Source: the human T2T-CHM13v2.0 reference genome, Homo sapiens. From it: DNA of 64,000 nucleotides. The stretch is from NCBI RefSeq assembly GCF_009914755.1, contig NC_060928.1; one strand, given 5' to 3'. The translations under genes and the position numbers were made by a program. Numbering within the stretch: the stretch's first letter is position 1; the number at the start of each line of letters is the position of its first letter. Shown here in pieces: positions 28,036-44,995 of the stretch. The notes beneath the pieces are model-generated. The model ran no database searches and was not told the DNA's origin. It was given only the letters and a program-made list of their open reading frames with translations.

Positions 28036-29038
28036 ATGGCCCATAATGTTTGGTTCCTGATTCCATGAGTTTGTAAGACTTTGAAGTTCCCATGCACTAG
28101 AACACTAGAAAAACTTGTTTATCCTATAAATTTCCTGGGCAAGGGAGAGCATCACCTTCATAAAGTCTCAGTAGGAAGACTAAATTTTTCCTCAAAAGGG
28201 AGAAATTTGAAAAGAATACTTATAGTGTGGTCTGGGCAGGGATTGGTTAACAAGTTTATCAACTAGGCAAGTTACTGGAGCAGTGTTTCTATTGTTGAAA
28301 CATATGAGTCTAGTATGAGTTTGTGTTAAAAGTGTTAAAGTGACCTTATGTCTTCTGTGTTGTATGCTGTGGTTAGTCCTGTAATGATGTTTAACTGTTT
28401 TGAGAGTCACAGTATAGTTCTACTATCTCTGTTTTCTGTACTTTTCTGTTTATTTTCCAGTGTCCCTCCCTCCTTAGCCTAAGCTAAGGGAAAAACCATT
28501 ATCTCTGGATATGTGATTGAATTGGATCTATAATGGTATTCAATGGGTTGTGAGTCATTTTGATATCTAATAGTGTCAAGGCCAGATTTCTTGGTCTTTT
28601 TGTTAGAATGATCATCTGTTATAATAGTGGCTGCACAACAGTGTTTAAGACACACTTGCATACTGCAACACCAAGATGAAGACAATGATTACTATTAGAG
28701 TTTGCAAAGCAACTATGAAGCTGTGATTGTAGACTTAGAATATCATGAAAACATGTTCCTAGTTTATTTGTATTTTTCTTATATACGCAAGTAGCTTTCC
28801 CTTTAATTTAGATATTGATTTTTCACTTTTGTCAGTGTCTGAAGATTTAGTCCCAGATTTGGTTATTGTCAAGGATAAGGGTCTTGGGAGTACCATGACT
28901 AAAGGTAGAGGTACCTATTAACAATTTAGAACCTTTAAATAGCAGACAGGAAAGAAGATAGCAAAGAGGTTAAGCCTAGCTTTGTCATTCACATGGATAT
29001 GCGCTAGGAAAATCACTGATTCTCTTTTATGGAGAAAT

Positions 29039-31196
<2,158 letters not shown>

Positions 31197-31389
31197 GTGT
31201 ATGGTGGCCTGGTATTCAATCTGAGAGGTGGGAGTATGTTAGCAGGACCTCTTCTTTTTTCACTGAGAGCTTTTTAAAAATAAATTCTGCTCTCCTCACC
31301 TTTCGATGTGTCTGCATGCCTAATCTTTCCTGGTCACATGACAAAAGCCTGATTTTAGCTGAACTAAGGAGCAAAAACTTCTGCATCAA
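31197..31389 (+). mobile_element. MER50-like ERV1 LTR 3' fragment
   Basis: AATAAATTCTGCTCTCCTCACCTTTC...GCTGAACTAAGGAGCAAAAACTTCTGCATCA. Confidence 0.7.
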
Positions 31390-31669
31390 AAGCTACCTCC
31401 AAGTAACTAAAAATTGGCATCATTTCCCTAGGTTTTATCAAAGAGAAGAAAAATTGACATAATTTCCCTAGAGTTTATAAGGGTTTACCTTTCTCTGATA
31501 AACAATTTTGCACCTCTACCTCATTCAACCCACAAGACACATATGAAAATCTCTGTGGAGGAGAAAGGGAGGATGCTAGAATATGGACTTCAGTAGGGAG
31601 GTCAGTGCTTAAGGTGGTAGGTTGTTCCCATTCCTTTTGAAAGGAAAGAGGCTATGGGTACGATAGACT

Positions 31670-31899
31670 TCTTTTTTTTATTCTTCCTGAAACAATATAG
31701 TGTAACAGCTATTTACATAGCACTTACATTGTCTCAAGTATTACAAGTAATCTAGAGATGAGATAAAGTGTATGGGAGGATATGCATAGGCTATATGCAA
31801 ATATTCAGCCATTTTATGTAAGAGACTTGAGCGCCTGTGGAATTTGGAATCCTCCAGAGGTCCTGGAGCCAATCCCCCATGGATACCGAGGGATGACTG
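31670..31899. mobile_element. MER2 (TcMar-Tigger) half
   Basis: AAGTAATCTAGAGATGA...CCAATCCCCCATGGATACCGAGGGATGACTG followed by TA. Confidence 0.85.
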
Positions 31900-31934
31900 T
31901 ACATCATACTTTCATTTATTTAAAATTATATGTA

Positions 31935-32020
31935 TTAGGTTGGTGCAAAAGTGACTGTGGTTTTTGCCATTTTTTTTTAAAGCTATGGCAAAAACTGCAA
32001 TTACTTTTGCACCAACCTAA
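31935..32020. mobile_element. MADE1 (Hsmar1-derived MITE)
   Basis: TIRs TTAGGTTGGTGCAAAAGT...ACTTTTGCACCAACCTAA with TA TSDs. Confidence 0.95.
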
Positions 32021-32119
32021 TATAAATCCTACGTCACTTTTCATCAGCAACTGGTAAACCAAGAATCAGGGACCATCCTAGGCAAAGAGAACTAGAAAGA
32101 TTGTTCTTGCTCTTCAGAA

Positions 32120-32305
32120 CAGTTGTTCAAATGATACCCTGTGGATCTGATTCCATTATAATTTCCCAGGGTGCTTATTAAATAAGCAGATTACTGGATC
32201 TACCACAGATTCACTGAATCAGAATTTAGAGCTGAGGCTAGAAGGCTGCATCCTTAGCAAGTGCCTTTGATGACTCCTATGGTTCCTGATGTTTTATAAC
32301 CTTTG
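32120..32305. mobile_element. MER5-like hAT-Charlie MITE
   Basis: TGCTTATTAAATAAGCAGATT...ACTGAATCAGAAT...CTGCATCCTTAGCAAG. Confidence 0.65.
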
Positions 32306-32909
32306 TTCCAGAAATCCACACTATCTAACACGAGACAATATAACATACATGAAGAGGCCACAAAATAGTGAGCAAAATCATTTTACAGACTATAAATCTT
32401 TTTATTACATTCATGGCTTAGCCCAAGGATGAACCCATAGTAGATGCTTAATATTTGCAAGTAATAATGAGATAGTTTATATACTAGAACACTGAATCAT
32501 CATGGTGACCTAAGTATTTGGAATTTTTAACATGACATCTTCAGTTATTTTTGATTTCAAAGAAAAGAGCCACTCCTTACTTTTTATTTTGAAATGTGGC
32601 ATAAACCTGTTTGATTTTCACAATTTTAAAATGATGGGAAAAAAATTGAAAGGTTTTGTGGGAGAAGAAGTACAAATAGGTCCATAAAATATGTCTAAGA
32701 TTGACTTGTAAAAAATAAAGAGAATCTCTAAGTGCCAAAAGTTTTTTCTGTGCTTACTGACATATCTTTAATCTCACAAAATGCTCTACCCCGTGGAAGA
32801 GGGCAGCAGATATAATAAGTAATGTATTAATCATTTATTTGAAACTCTGTTGATCCTAGTCTGACAAAATGAAATAAAGATTGATCCAATTTATTAAGGC
32901 CTATGCCTG

Positions 32910-33398
32910 CTAGAAACAGAGGCTTAATGAAATATGGTTTATTTTTCTCACATAACAACTCTCTAGGCAGGTGATGGTGGGTGTTGTTAGCCTCTCTCTG
33001 GTGTCATCCAGAATCCATATCCTTGTTATGTCTGCTCCACCATCCTCATCTTGTAATTTTTAGTTTTAGGTTTATCATTTCATGGGCTTAAGGTGGCTGC
33101 TGCAATTCCTGGCTTTATGCACATGTTTAAGGCTGGAGGGAGCTAGCAAATGTGCCATTTTCTGTTTTTCTTTTTTTTTTTTTTTTTTTTGTCAACAAAT
33201 AAATTTTTTCCTGGAAACTCTAAACTGGTATTTGTTTTTCGACTTGTGGCCCTTAGGTCAGAACCCTGTCACATGGCTACCCATTACGGTGAGTCTGGGA
33301 AAGTGAGTATCCAGCTTTCTGAATTCTAAAGTGGGCAGCAATGGAAGTAGCAGTTGCAAAATGACTTCTGAGTTGGCTAAAGGACAATGTCTGCCACA
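32910..33398 (-). mobile_element. MLT1J-type LTR remnant
   Basis: TTTATTTTTCTCACATAACAA...GTCACATGGCTACC...TGTCTGCCACA. Confidence 0.65.
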
Positions 33399-33620
33399 AT
33401 ATTCTCTCATTACCAATGACCCAGGACTTGGACTCTTTAAGAACAGGAGAGCTGAGAGCTGAACTACTGGAAGGGTAGCTTCACTGCTATGTTAGGCTTG
33501 CTTCTTCACCTGAAAGTTCTTTCAGAATCTTGGTTGTGTGTTACCTGCTGTGCATTCTAGCCCTGCACATGATATTTGTCTCCTAGACTGACTGCTTCTT
33601 ATTCCTTTTCCCTTTCTGGT

Positions 33621-33890
33621 AAGCAGTATAGGTTAGTGGTGGGGAGTGCAGGTTCTGGAAGCAGAAAGTCTGGGTTTAAATCCTGGCTGGCCTACTTATT
33701 AGCTGTGTGATCCTGAGCAAGTTATTTAACTTCTGTCAGTCTTTTTATCCTCATTCATCAAGTATAAATAGCAGTGGTACCTATCCCACAGATTTGTTAT
33801 AAAAATGCAATGACATCACCTCATAAAAGTATATCATGACCATGCTAAGCATGTTAAGTGTTTGGAAAATGTTAATAATTATTATTAATT
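33621..33890 (+). mobile_element. MIR, near full length
   Basis: TGGGTTTAAATCCTGGCT...TAGCTGTGTGATCCTGAGCAAGTTATTTAACTTCT core. Confidence 0.85.
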
Positions 33891-36426
33891 TCTTATTGTT
33901 TTGACTCATATCTAGATCTATCAATGTATGTAATCACAATGCTTGGCACATAGAACACACAGAACTCAGCTCACTTTTTTGTGCATAAAGATATGTAATT
34001 ATGTAACTTTGTGTATGTGTATGTGTGTGTTATGTTTGTGTGATTTGTGAAGGTGTTGTGCAGATAAAATCTTTTTACAGAAATGCCCAAGGCCCCTGGA
34101 TTTCTGCCTCTTAGAGAAAGATTATTCAAGTGGACTATATTTGCAAAACCAATTTTCTAAGAAACCAGATTTTTAAAAATAAATTTCTAAAATCCCTATG
34201 TTGTCTTTTATTAAAATTATATATTTCTCTTGGTCTTTTAGTATACTGTACATAGACTGTGTTATTTTGTTAGATTTTCCCCAGTTATTTCTTTTTGGGG
34301 GAGCAGATATTAGTAAAAGATAAAATGGCACCCAAGAATATTTTTCAAGAACAAAATACATGGCTTAAGAAAAAGAATAACCTGTCTGAGGAATGGTAGG
34401 AAGGACATTTGGAAATGAACATGCCTCAGTGTTGAGGAAGATGCTGACCAGAAATGTGTAAGCAATCTGGAGACAAACTGTTGCTTTCTTTATAATTTTA
34501 CTCCTATTCAGTTCTGGTTTCATCTTTCCATTAATACATATTCACTTTATAATGTAGGGAGCACTCTTTCTTGCCTTTGGGATTTAAGTAATTGAAGTTA
34601 ATCTTTTTGAAAGAGATCTCAGTTGGATTGATCTAAGATTGAAAAGGTCATTAAGAGGAAATTAATAAAAGGGAACTCTTTAAGGTGGGTAACGCAGGTA
34701 TTATAGTCTTAGCCCCTGGAATATGACCCAGTGGGCAGAGTAAGCCCTGGCAAAGCAAGGCACACAGCCAAATGTTAGCTTTTCACATGCAAAAACAGGA
34801 TTATGCAATAGTACAGACTTTGCAAGTCTATTGTTTACAGAAGGAATTAAGCAACATTTGTTTACCTACTTCATTATTATACCAGCAATCCAGCCTGAAG
34901 GACTTAGCTCATAGATGTCTTCTGAAATGTGGAAGAAATACTTTCGTTTGTCATAAAACCTCAGCAGGAGATTGGAGTCTGGAAGAGGGAGGGGAGAAGA
35001 GGAGGACCTCAGGGAGGCAAGTTAAACAGTCCAGTTTTTGCATCTTAATTTCCTTCTCTGTGCTTTTGTCTTTCAAGGGGTGGTGCCGGGCACAGGTATT
35101 TTAGATAAATAAGTGGGATGGCAAGAGAAGGACCTTTTTACTGCTTACCCATTTATTGGGTGACAATCCAGTATGCTGTCCAGAATGCAATATTTTTGAG
35201 AGTAAAAGAAATCATACTGGGCCAGATCATAAAACCCAGCATTTTTTAGACAAACTGATATAGTGTATATGGTTAACTTACTTTGTACGAAGAAGGTATA
35301 ACAAACTCACTTTAGAGGACAGTGGTACAGTCTGATAGAGTGAGTACCCAGTTAACTCTCTGTGTGTTATGTCAGCTGGCTTTGTATCAGGAAGCTTCTG
35401 GTGAGTTTAGGTGACCCCTTAGCAGAGGCAGGTGGAAAATTCCAGGCTAGGAGGCTGGATGGAGTAGATGGTAAACACTCAAGGGTCAGTGGTCTATGAT
35501 GAGAGCACAAGCCAAGAACCAACCATGAGGATTCCAAGGGGAGCCTGGGTTATCAGAAGCCATTAGAGCTGCAGTGACCAGATTAAAAAGGACATTGCCC
35601 CAAGAGTGTCTGCATGAAATAAGGGATATCCTTGCTTGTTTGTGACCCAAGGATATGTAAGCCATACATTTTTCCCTTTATATCCCTCAATGTTAGAGAG
35701 AGAAACAGAAAATATGGTGGCTATATGGGATATGAAATATTTGTATTAATAAAAATGTTAATAGAAATTGCATGGCCTTTTAATTTATGGTGTGGGACTA
35801 AATTTAAACTACAAATGTAGTTGAGTTTCTATTTTGTGGAGAGATTATTTATGAACAAAATAAAGGAGTTACAACTCTTTATAAATAAGTCATACTATAA
35901 AATGTGTGACCCTCCTTGTTGCATTTAAAAAGGCTATATATTTTTTGATAGTGAGATCTTTTCCCTCTGTATTTCTCTCCAAAAATCTTAATAATGTCAC
36001 CATTTTATTAAATCATTTGATAGGATCAATACTTTATATGAACTATCTCATCTGAGCAGCCCCAAGAAACCTGTAAAACAGGCATTATTGTCCTATTTTA
36101 TAGGTAAATTAGCCAAGGATAAGATAAATCGAAGGGATTCATCAAGTTCACCTAGATAATAAGTGGTAGAGCTTGGATTTAGAACCAAGCCAAAACACTC
36201 ACATGGCTTACCTATTACTTTTCATTCTAAGCGGCCTTATTTTATCACAAATAGATTGAGATGAATGCATTGAACCCTTGACTTCTAAACTCTCTTCTAT
36301 ATGATTTTAAATTTAGTTAATTACTGAACATTTCATATTCTTATATCTGCTCAACTAGATTCAAAATTCTTCAGTGCTTCCTTTTTTAATCTCTGTGTTT
36401 ATTGCATTATTGTTGTCTTTAGACAT

Positions 36427-37000
36427 ATTCATTCATTCAAGAAGTATTTATTGAGCACCTATTATTGCCAGAAACTGTCTCAAGTGTCTGATATATATAT
36501 ATGTATTTATATATATAATATATAAAAATATAATATGTAATATAATACATAAATTTATATATATATAAAAATACATAAAACTGACAACAACCTTTGTCCC
36601 TTTGGAACTTACCTTTTATTGATGGAGGCAAAAAATAAAATGAGTGAGTTAATTTTAAGATATAGTAGAAGGTATTAAGTACAATGCACAAAAAAGTAAA
36701 GCAGAGTTAAGTGAAATTGAGAATGGGAATGGGTTACTATTTTAAGAAACATGATAAGATTAGGTCCATTGAGAAAATTTCATCTGAAAAATGCCTGAGG
36801 GAATGTCTGTGCACATGTTCAGAGGAAGAGCAGTTTATGTGGAGGGAAGCAGGCAGTGCAAGAGGCTTGAGGTACATGTGGCCAGAATAGAATAAGTGAA
36901 ATAAAGTCAGAGAAAGAACAATTTTGGGTGTTGTCTGAATAGATCTTATGGGAACTTGAAAGTCATTGCAAGAAATTTCACAAGATTTCAATGAGATAAA
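36427..37000 (-). mobile_element. L2 3' region with internal (TA)-rich tract
   Basis: ATTCATTCATTCAAGAAGTATTTATTGAGCACCTA...; AT-rich tract about 36490-36575. Confidence 0.75.
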
Positions 37001-39102
37001 TAACTTCCTATTTCTTATTAATATCCAGTATGGCTATAAGAATAGACGTTGCTATAAAAGCTTTTATTGACACATGTTGACATCCAGACATATTATGCTG
37101 ACATTTTTGTTTATGAACCACAGTCTATCATAGATTATTAACAAATTATTGGTTTATGTACTCAGATACTCAGACAGTGATTTTTAGTTACCAGACCACG
37201 GTAATCACAGAGTTTCTCCCTGCCATCTTTGGTTAACTGATATGTATCAATTTTATTTTATTTTATTTTTTTTTTTACCATCACATACCTCAAGATCTGG
37301 TAACACCATGGGAAGATTGTATTTCAAGAGTTTTCTTTTATTTTTTTTTTCTTCCCTCCCTTAACATTATGCTAAGTAATCAGGAAGAAGGAGTTAAGGG
37401 AGCTTCTTTTCATGGACTAGACTCTAGGGAAAAAAGATTGATGATATTTGGTAGAAGGAAAAGTCTTATCTCTAAAATGCCCTCAGTATTATGTCAGGCT
37501 AAGCATTACCTGTGGCAAACAAAACTAGGATGATGAGCTTCATGCTTGGAGAATGTCTCTTAAGCTATGAAATCCTCTGAGCCTCCATTAGAGACCTCAT
37601 CCCTTCTTAACAAGAAGGGTATTCCAGACCCAGCAAAGAAGGGCTTCGGGAGCTACTCTTGACATCCCAGTCCTTTCCCTGCTTGTCTGATCCTTTTATT
37701 TGAAATTACTTAGTAGATTGAGGTACTAGTTAAAGCCTCTGATTCATGTTAGTCTGTTTTGACAATCTAATCCTGTGTTAGCCCAGTGATAGAGGGAATC
37801 TTAAAAAAATGTTACTTCTAAGAAAGGACAAAATTTGGCACAGGTTCATAGACTGTTGTTTATAAATTCAAGGGCTTAGGTATCTTCTGAATAACAGTAT
37901 TTTGGAAAAATTGCACTCTAAATATTTTGAGTGGAGTCTGAAGATAAATGGTTCATCACTAAGAGTTAAGAAGATTACATTTTAGCAGAGGAAAAATCCA
38001 TACAGGTCGTCCCTTCAAATTTTATAATTGGGAACTATTAGCTCATTTAAGTGATTTTGCCATTGTTTGAAACTTCTGAAATTCCTCTTCTAAGATTTGT
38101 TTTGGAAACTGTGTATTTTAAACATGTCTTCCAATGTGGCATATCTTTACCCTTTGAAGGAGTATTTCATTTTTGAAAATACTTAGGAGCTACTCCAAAA
38201 AAACTGTTATGATAATAGATATTTGAGAATAGCAGATATTTGAGAATTTTTTAAAAAATGTGAGAATATATAGTAATGTTACTTGTTGTCTTGAACATTT
38301 TGTAAACTGAGTGATAATTCCCAAAGTGACATGCAAAACTATATCATCAAAAATTGCTTCATCAGAATGACTTATATTTTCCCAAAATGACTGCTTTGAA
38401 GGACAACATTCATTTGACTACATTTCTCCTCATCACCTACCCTGATCATCCTATTTAAAATATCTAGTTTGATCACTCTATTTAAAATAGCTATTTCTAA
38501 TCAAGATCTCTGTTCAGTGCATAATTCTCCCATGTCATTTTTAATAATTGCTATTTATAAAGAACAGAACTGTCTTAATATTGTATATTTCAGTTTTCTC
38601 ATAATAACAATGGCTATGACTCAGAGCAAAAAGTATAATTTTCCCAGTAGGGACCTGTGGGAATAAATATATATATATATATATTTTATTACGAACCTAA
38701 GGAAAATCTACTGCATTGTATTTACCTACAAAAATGAAAACAAAAACACAACAACAAAAACCTTCTAAAAATAGCTAGTGATTACAAGAAATAACACTCT
38801 GCAGACCTTCTTCTGTGTAACGCAAGGTGTTTGCTTATTGTGCTTCCTTTATCCAGATCTGAACACTGTGATCCAGTTTCTGTTGAGGTGACATAATTTC
38901 TTTCCTAACAAAAGAGTCATAAATTTAGGAGCAACTTACATAAAGTTTGAGATGAGTTAGATTGCCCTAAAAACTGAAGAATACTCAATTTGCTTCATGC
39001 TGTACATGAGATTATGTGTAAATGTGTGTGTGTAAAAATAAATACTATACACACTTATTTTTAACTCAAGTATTACAAGGTAAAATGTAAAATACTGGTG
39101 TG

Positions 39103-39558
39103 TGCACCAGTTGGGGTCCTCTGAAGGAGAAGATGCTGAGAGACAATTAGCAGTCCAAGAAGTTTATTGGAGGTAATGCCCATGAAAGACAAAGGGAGGA
39201 GGAAGCCAATTTTACACCTGAAAAGGAAACCGGAGGAAGGGGAGCGAGATGGGGCAGGAAGAGCCTCAGTCTGCGATGCAGATGCGAGTCAGTATCCGAC
39301 AAACCAACAGGGGGCTCCAGATCAAAGAGGCCTGCTGGGAGTCTGACAGTTGGCAGAAATGACTAGGTCCTGGTACCTGCAGCACACTCAGTCATTGGCT
39401 GGGGGGTGTGGGGGAAGAGCGTGGCCTCTGCTGGAAAGCCGAGGTAGACACTGAAGGCAATAACAGCTGGGAGCTGTCAGTAACTGCATTTCTTGAAGCT
39501 GAAAAAGAAGTTTTTTCTTGAAGACAGATATGAGTAGCACATCTCCATGGCTGCCACA
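39103..39558 (-). mobile_element. LTR16-like (ERVL) solo LTR
   Basis: TG...CA termini with 5-bp TSD GTGTG; GAAGTTTATTGG, GAGCCTCAG, CAGTCATTGGCTGGGGG, terminal GGCTGCCACA. Confidence 0.75.
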
Positions 39559-41591
39559 GTGTGTGTGTTTGTATTTTGACACTACTATGGTCAAAGCACA
39601 GTTGAAACAAAGTTCTCTATCATTGAAAGTCTACCTTCTTGTGAGGTATTCTGACATTACAACACATATTAACAGATTACATAAGCTTGCCTGATTTTCC
39701 TTGGAAAAACTATATGTAGTTGGCTTGATTTGGGTACATTTAAAGAGATTGACGTTACTAAAATATTCCATACTCCTGACCAATGGCAACAATCTTACCA
39801 TTAGAATTAGGTAAGCCTGGACAACCAGGACAGGTGGGAATGGGAACCCTGGAATCAAATCCGCAACACAGAGCAAGCACAATTATAACTACCACATTCA
39901 TTTTCCTCTTCGTATTTGGGGTAGAGGACATGAAGAAGGGAAAATGAGATGGAGTTTGCAGAGGAATTCTAGAAAAGTTTATCTTTGTTCAGAAGTAGGA
40001 AAATAAAAATAAAACCTGTGAAAGAAGAACTGGATTAAGATCTCCTTTATTTCCCTGGTCATTGACTTACCCACAAAGGTATGTCTAATATATAAATGGA
40101 ATCAGATATTAACCCTGGAAAACACATTGGTAGCATATATTACTAAATCTTATTTTATTAGTATTTTTATGTTAATTTTCATAATATTTTATGAAAAGTT
40201 TAGTATGTTAAGACTCTGTGGTACCAAGAATAGAATAAAGGATGGGTTAGAATAATAGAGAGGCTAATAGGGAGTTTTGTAGGTCAGAAAATTCTTTTAG
40301 CTTCTTTTTAAACACCTCTGCTGATTTTTCCCTATGGAAAGAAAAGTGAAAAACATAGGTAACACATTGTGATACAAAACACAGAAATATATTGGATTTA
40401 CAGATTCTTTCTTTCCTTCATAAAATTTAGCATTTGTACCTTTTAGTTCTCATCAAAAGTCTGTTGATATAATTTTATGCATCAGTTTTGAAACGTATAG
40501 CTAGTATACAGGTAAATAAATATTTCACGTGGTTTATGAACCTACAATGTTTAGAACATCTTCTCAATTAATGATCAGATATTTATTTGGCACCTACAAT
40601 ATGACTCAAAATTTGGAATTGCATTGTGTGTCATACACAGGAAAAGTAAGTCTTTAACAACTATGAATCTCTAACCTATTTGAAGAGGTGAGAAAAATGC
40701 ACAAAATACAAAGATACAAAGAGGGACTGATACAAGGCAATATATACTTAAGGGCTTAAATAATAGTGGCTTTGAGATGGGTGAGTTGATTGGGCTGGTT
40801 CTAGAAAATTTGTGGAGAAAATTGGATTTAAGCTGGACAATGAAAATGAGTAGGTTTTGAATAGACAAAGAAGCAATAGCAGAAATCATGTAAGCAAAAT
40901 CAGAGACATCAGTGGGCATTAGTGTGGTATATAGACATTAAGAGAATGATTGGATTTGGTTGGATGACTTACGCTGAGAGAGGAGAGGGAAATATAGTTG
41001 ACCCTAGAGTCCTGATTATGGAGGTCTTGGGCTAGACAGGGCATAAGAGGCAATAAACAATTGTTGTAATAATAAAATGTAATTAGTGTAGGTTTTACTA
41101 TTGTTAGCTCAAGCATAATTGTTTAGCATTTCTTTTCTATTCTACCCCTTTTCTGAGGACTCAACCTTTTGTTTTGGAAAGCTTATGAAAGTTATAGACT
41201 GTTGAAAAATGTTAGTCTACATAGAGTTTGGATGAAGCCCAGCAAATTCCTAGCTGTGGGAAGATGTTTCCACCAACAGTTCTGTGGGAGACAGACAGAC
41301 TTTTGCTGCTAGAAGGCTCCCACCAGGCAGCTACAAAGGCACAGCTAGCAGGGCTACTTATCACAGGGATGGATGGACAGTCGGCTTGCCTGGCTCCCTC
41401 CTGCCTAACCCTATTGCTGATCTGACAATGCTCAGCAGGCTCTAGATGTGACTCCCCTCCCCTCCCTGGAGTCCCCACGTCTTGTCTTTGGCATCTCATT
41501 CAAGCTCCACAGATATCCTACAAATTCCTATTCCATTGAATTCTCCTTTCTCCTGAGTCCAGTTGATTCTCACATATTCTTGCCTGAGTAG

Positions 41592-41911
<320 letters not shown>

Positions 41912-42079
41912 CCCTCTAGTCTTTTAAAAATCTGTTTTTATGACATTGGACTCTGTGCTCTCATTCTTTCAAGATCTTACTTTCTGATTCTCAGGAGTCT
42001 TTTCTTTCCTCAATAATCTTGGTTCCTGCACATTGAAAACATTGTTTTTGTTTTTTACATGGGTTCAAGAATCTGTTTT

Positions 42080-42531
<452 letters not shown>

Positions 42532-42711
42532 AGGAGTCTATTTTAAGTCAAATAAATAGCAACGAGAACAATAATTGATCACTAGCAGTTTCTTTTAATT
42601 TTTATTCCTGCTTCATAATTCTGATTTCATGAAGGCAAAGTAGATACCTCTGACTGACTAGGGAATCACATATAAGGAATAAGAAAAAGAGCAAGCTATT
42701 GTTATCCGTAC

Positions 42712-42968
42712 ATAATAATAATAGCTTATATTTATTGACTACTTAGTCTGTGTCAGAACCTGGGGCAATACTCATAGATTATTTCATGTAATCAGCAGTA
42801 CAGTTTTAAGGGTTGTGCACCACTGCTATCTGCATTTTATAGGTGAAGACAGCAGAACTCAGAGGTTAAATATCTTGCCATCCTTGCAGTACTAGTAAGT
42901 CAACGGTGAAACTAAGATTCAAACCCAGGAAATCTACCCCAAAGCCTGCACTCTTACTGGCTGTATTC
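42712..42968 (-). mobile_element. MIR
   Basis: CATTTTATAGGTGAAGA...TCAGAGGTTAAATATCTTGCC...GATTCAAACCCAGG. Confidence 0.8.
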
Positions 42969-43239
42969 TTAAATATTTTCTTTATCAAGGGATTAACATA
43001 ATTATAGAAGTATTTTTGGAAGATTAGTCTGGCATCTGCATGAGAGCCTAGAGAGAGGATTATTAGTTTGGAGGTTATTTTGGTCTTTCAAAATGCCAGG
43101 AGCTTCAGGCATAAACTAAAGTGGAGGCCCTAGGTGTTCAGCCTAGTGAACCAGGGTAGTGTGAGCAACATGAAGAGGTAGAGAAATTAAAAATTAGCAA
43201 TTTGAGAAATTAATAGAAAAATAGACAGTATACTCGAGA

Positions 43240-43400
43240 AGTATTTTTCAAACTTTTTTCATAATAAAATCACCTGGCACACTTGCTAAAAATATCCTGG
43301 TCCCAACCCAACCAGCCTGTCAGGAGATTTTCTAAGTGAATCTCTATCTTAAATAAGGGTCCTAGGTGATTCTTGGGATCGGGTAAATTACAGAAGTCAT
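43240..43400. mobile_element. MER5-like MITE remnant
   Basis: AATCACCTGG...CTTGCTAAAAATA...CCTAGGTGATTCTT. Confidence 0.55.
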
Positions 43401-44764
43401 CCTAGAATGTATCTTTTAATTTTTCCTCTACCGAAACTATACATTGCTTAATTACAGTGGCTTTTCTTAACTCACAGACACAATTTTCCTTTTTACAATT
43501 AGTAGCTGATGTGTAGAGTGGTTAGCACATTAGGCCATGACTGTTAAAAGCTTTTAGTCTAACTAGTAAATCATCCAGGTAATTTGAGGTTTTATTGCCA
43601 TTGCATTGTTGTTTATGGCAGCAAATCAGTTGATTTGCTGCTACCAGACACAGGGTGTAAAGTCATATGCCATAATTAAATGATATGTGACTTCTAAACC
43701 AGACATCTTTTGAAGATCCCATTTTATCAGCCAAGTCAGCCAATTTTAAAGCAGAGTGGGTTAATCACTGAGACCATTTCCTCAGCTGCTTCTATGGAAA
43801 GTCAACCAAAATTTCTTATAGTTGGTGGGTTCAAGCTTCATAAGTTCAGCTTTAGAATTCAATTGTAAAGCTGAGCTCAGATTTTAAACAATACATATTT
43901 TGGGCTGAAAATTCTCTTCAGTGTTTATAATAGTCTGGGGAAATGAAGGTAATAACCATTTTGACAGTAAATGGTAACATATGCAATTTTTTTACATACT
44001 GATTCCTTCATCAATTTTGTATCTAATTACTAAGCACTTGGGAATAGAGGCTTCTAATTCAGAAATTGTCAAGTGAAGTATTAGGCATACTCAAGGCAGC
44101 TCACCAAAGGTGAGAAGTCCTCTTTTTTCACATATTTATAAACAAGGAAGTTATTGTTCTTTGTTTACTTCCCAGATATTCTTAGTAATATTTAAAGAAT
44201 CTCAGAGAGGCTTGCAAGGATGTTCAAAGTCCAAAGTCCTTGCCCTAAAACAGCACCCAGTGCTCCTCAGGAGTCCAGTATTATCTCTAATTCAGCTCTA
44301 TCCCAAGCGACCAATGTCCAATTTCACGAGCCTTTTGGTTGTGGAGTTCTCTGGCTTTAGCAGCATTTCATCTATCATTGAGAATGAGATGAGAATATCT
44401 CAACGATGGCAGATAGGATTCTCCCTACTTTTCAGGTCTCTTGTAAAACAACATAAAGAAGCCAGAGGAGAGAAGAAATCCAGAATTGTAGCATAGTTTG
44501 CATTTTAGTTCTTGAATCAGGGCTGGGTTTTCTTCTTCTTGAGTTAAATTATGTACCGATCTATTTATCCTAGAGGACAAATAGATAGGGAAAATGGACC
44601 CGGGGTGATGTCAGAGACAATCCTGAAAGTTTTAGAATCCATTAGTTTGCCAAGGCCCTGACCAGTTGTCGGTAATAGACAGTAGACTTTCATACCACTG
44701 ATCCAATTCCAATCATTAGGGGACACCCAGGGATCTGTTTTTGCTCTAAATATCCCAATTGAAC

Positions 44765-44995
44765 TGTATTTTCCTTATTTATTTAATCATTTATATGTAT
44801 GAACATGGACACATGGATAAAATATTTTATACTTTGCAACATAATATTTTATATTACATTATTTTACTGCTATAATTGGTTTAGCTTTAGCCACTGGATG
44901 TTCTTTCAGAATAGCTTCTTTGTCTTTTTCACATGTCCCTTCCTTTACTTTCTGGTACCCCAAGATGCTCTAGACTCATCTTGTATATTTTCTTA
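44765..44995 (-). mobile_element. L1MC-type 3' fragment
   Basis: TTACTTTCTGGTACCCCAAGATGCTCTAGACTCATCTTGTATATTT. Confidence 0.65.

Noticed and set aside
38217-38247. AGATATTTGAGAAT direct repeat
   Set aside because: Simple 2-copy micro-duplication with no further structure
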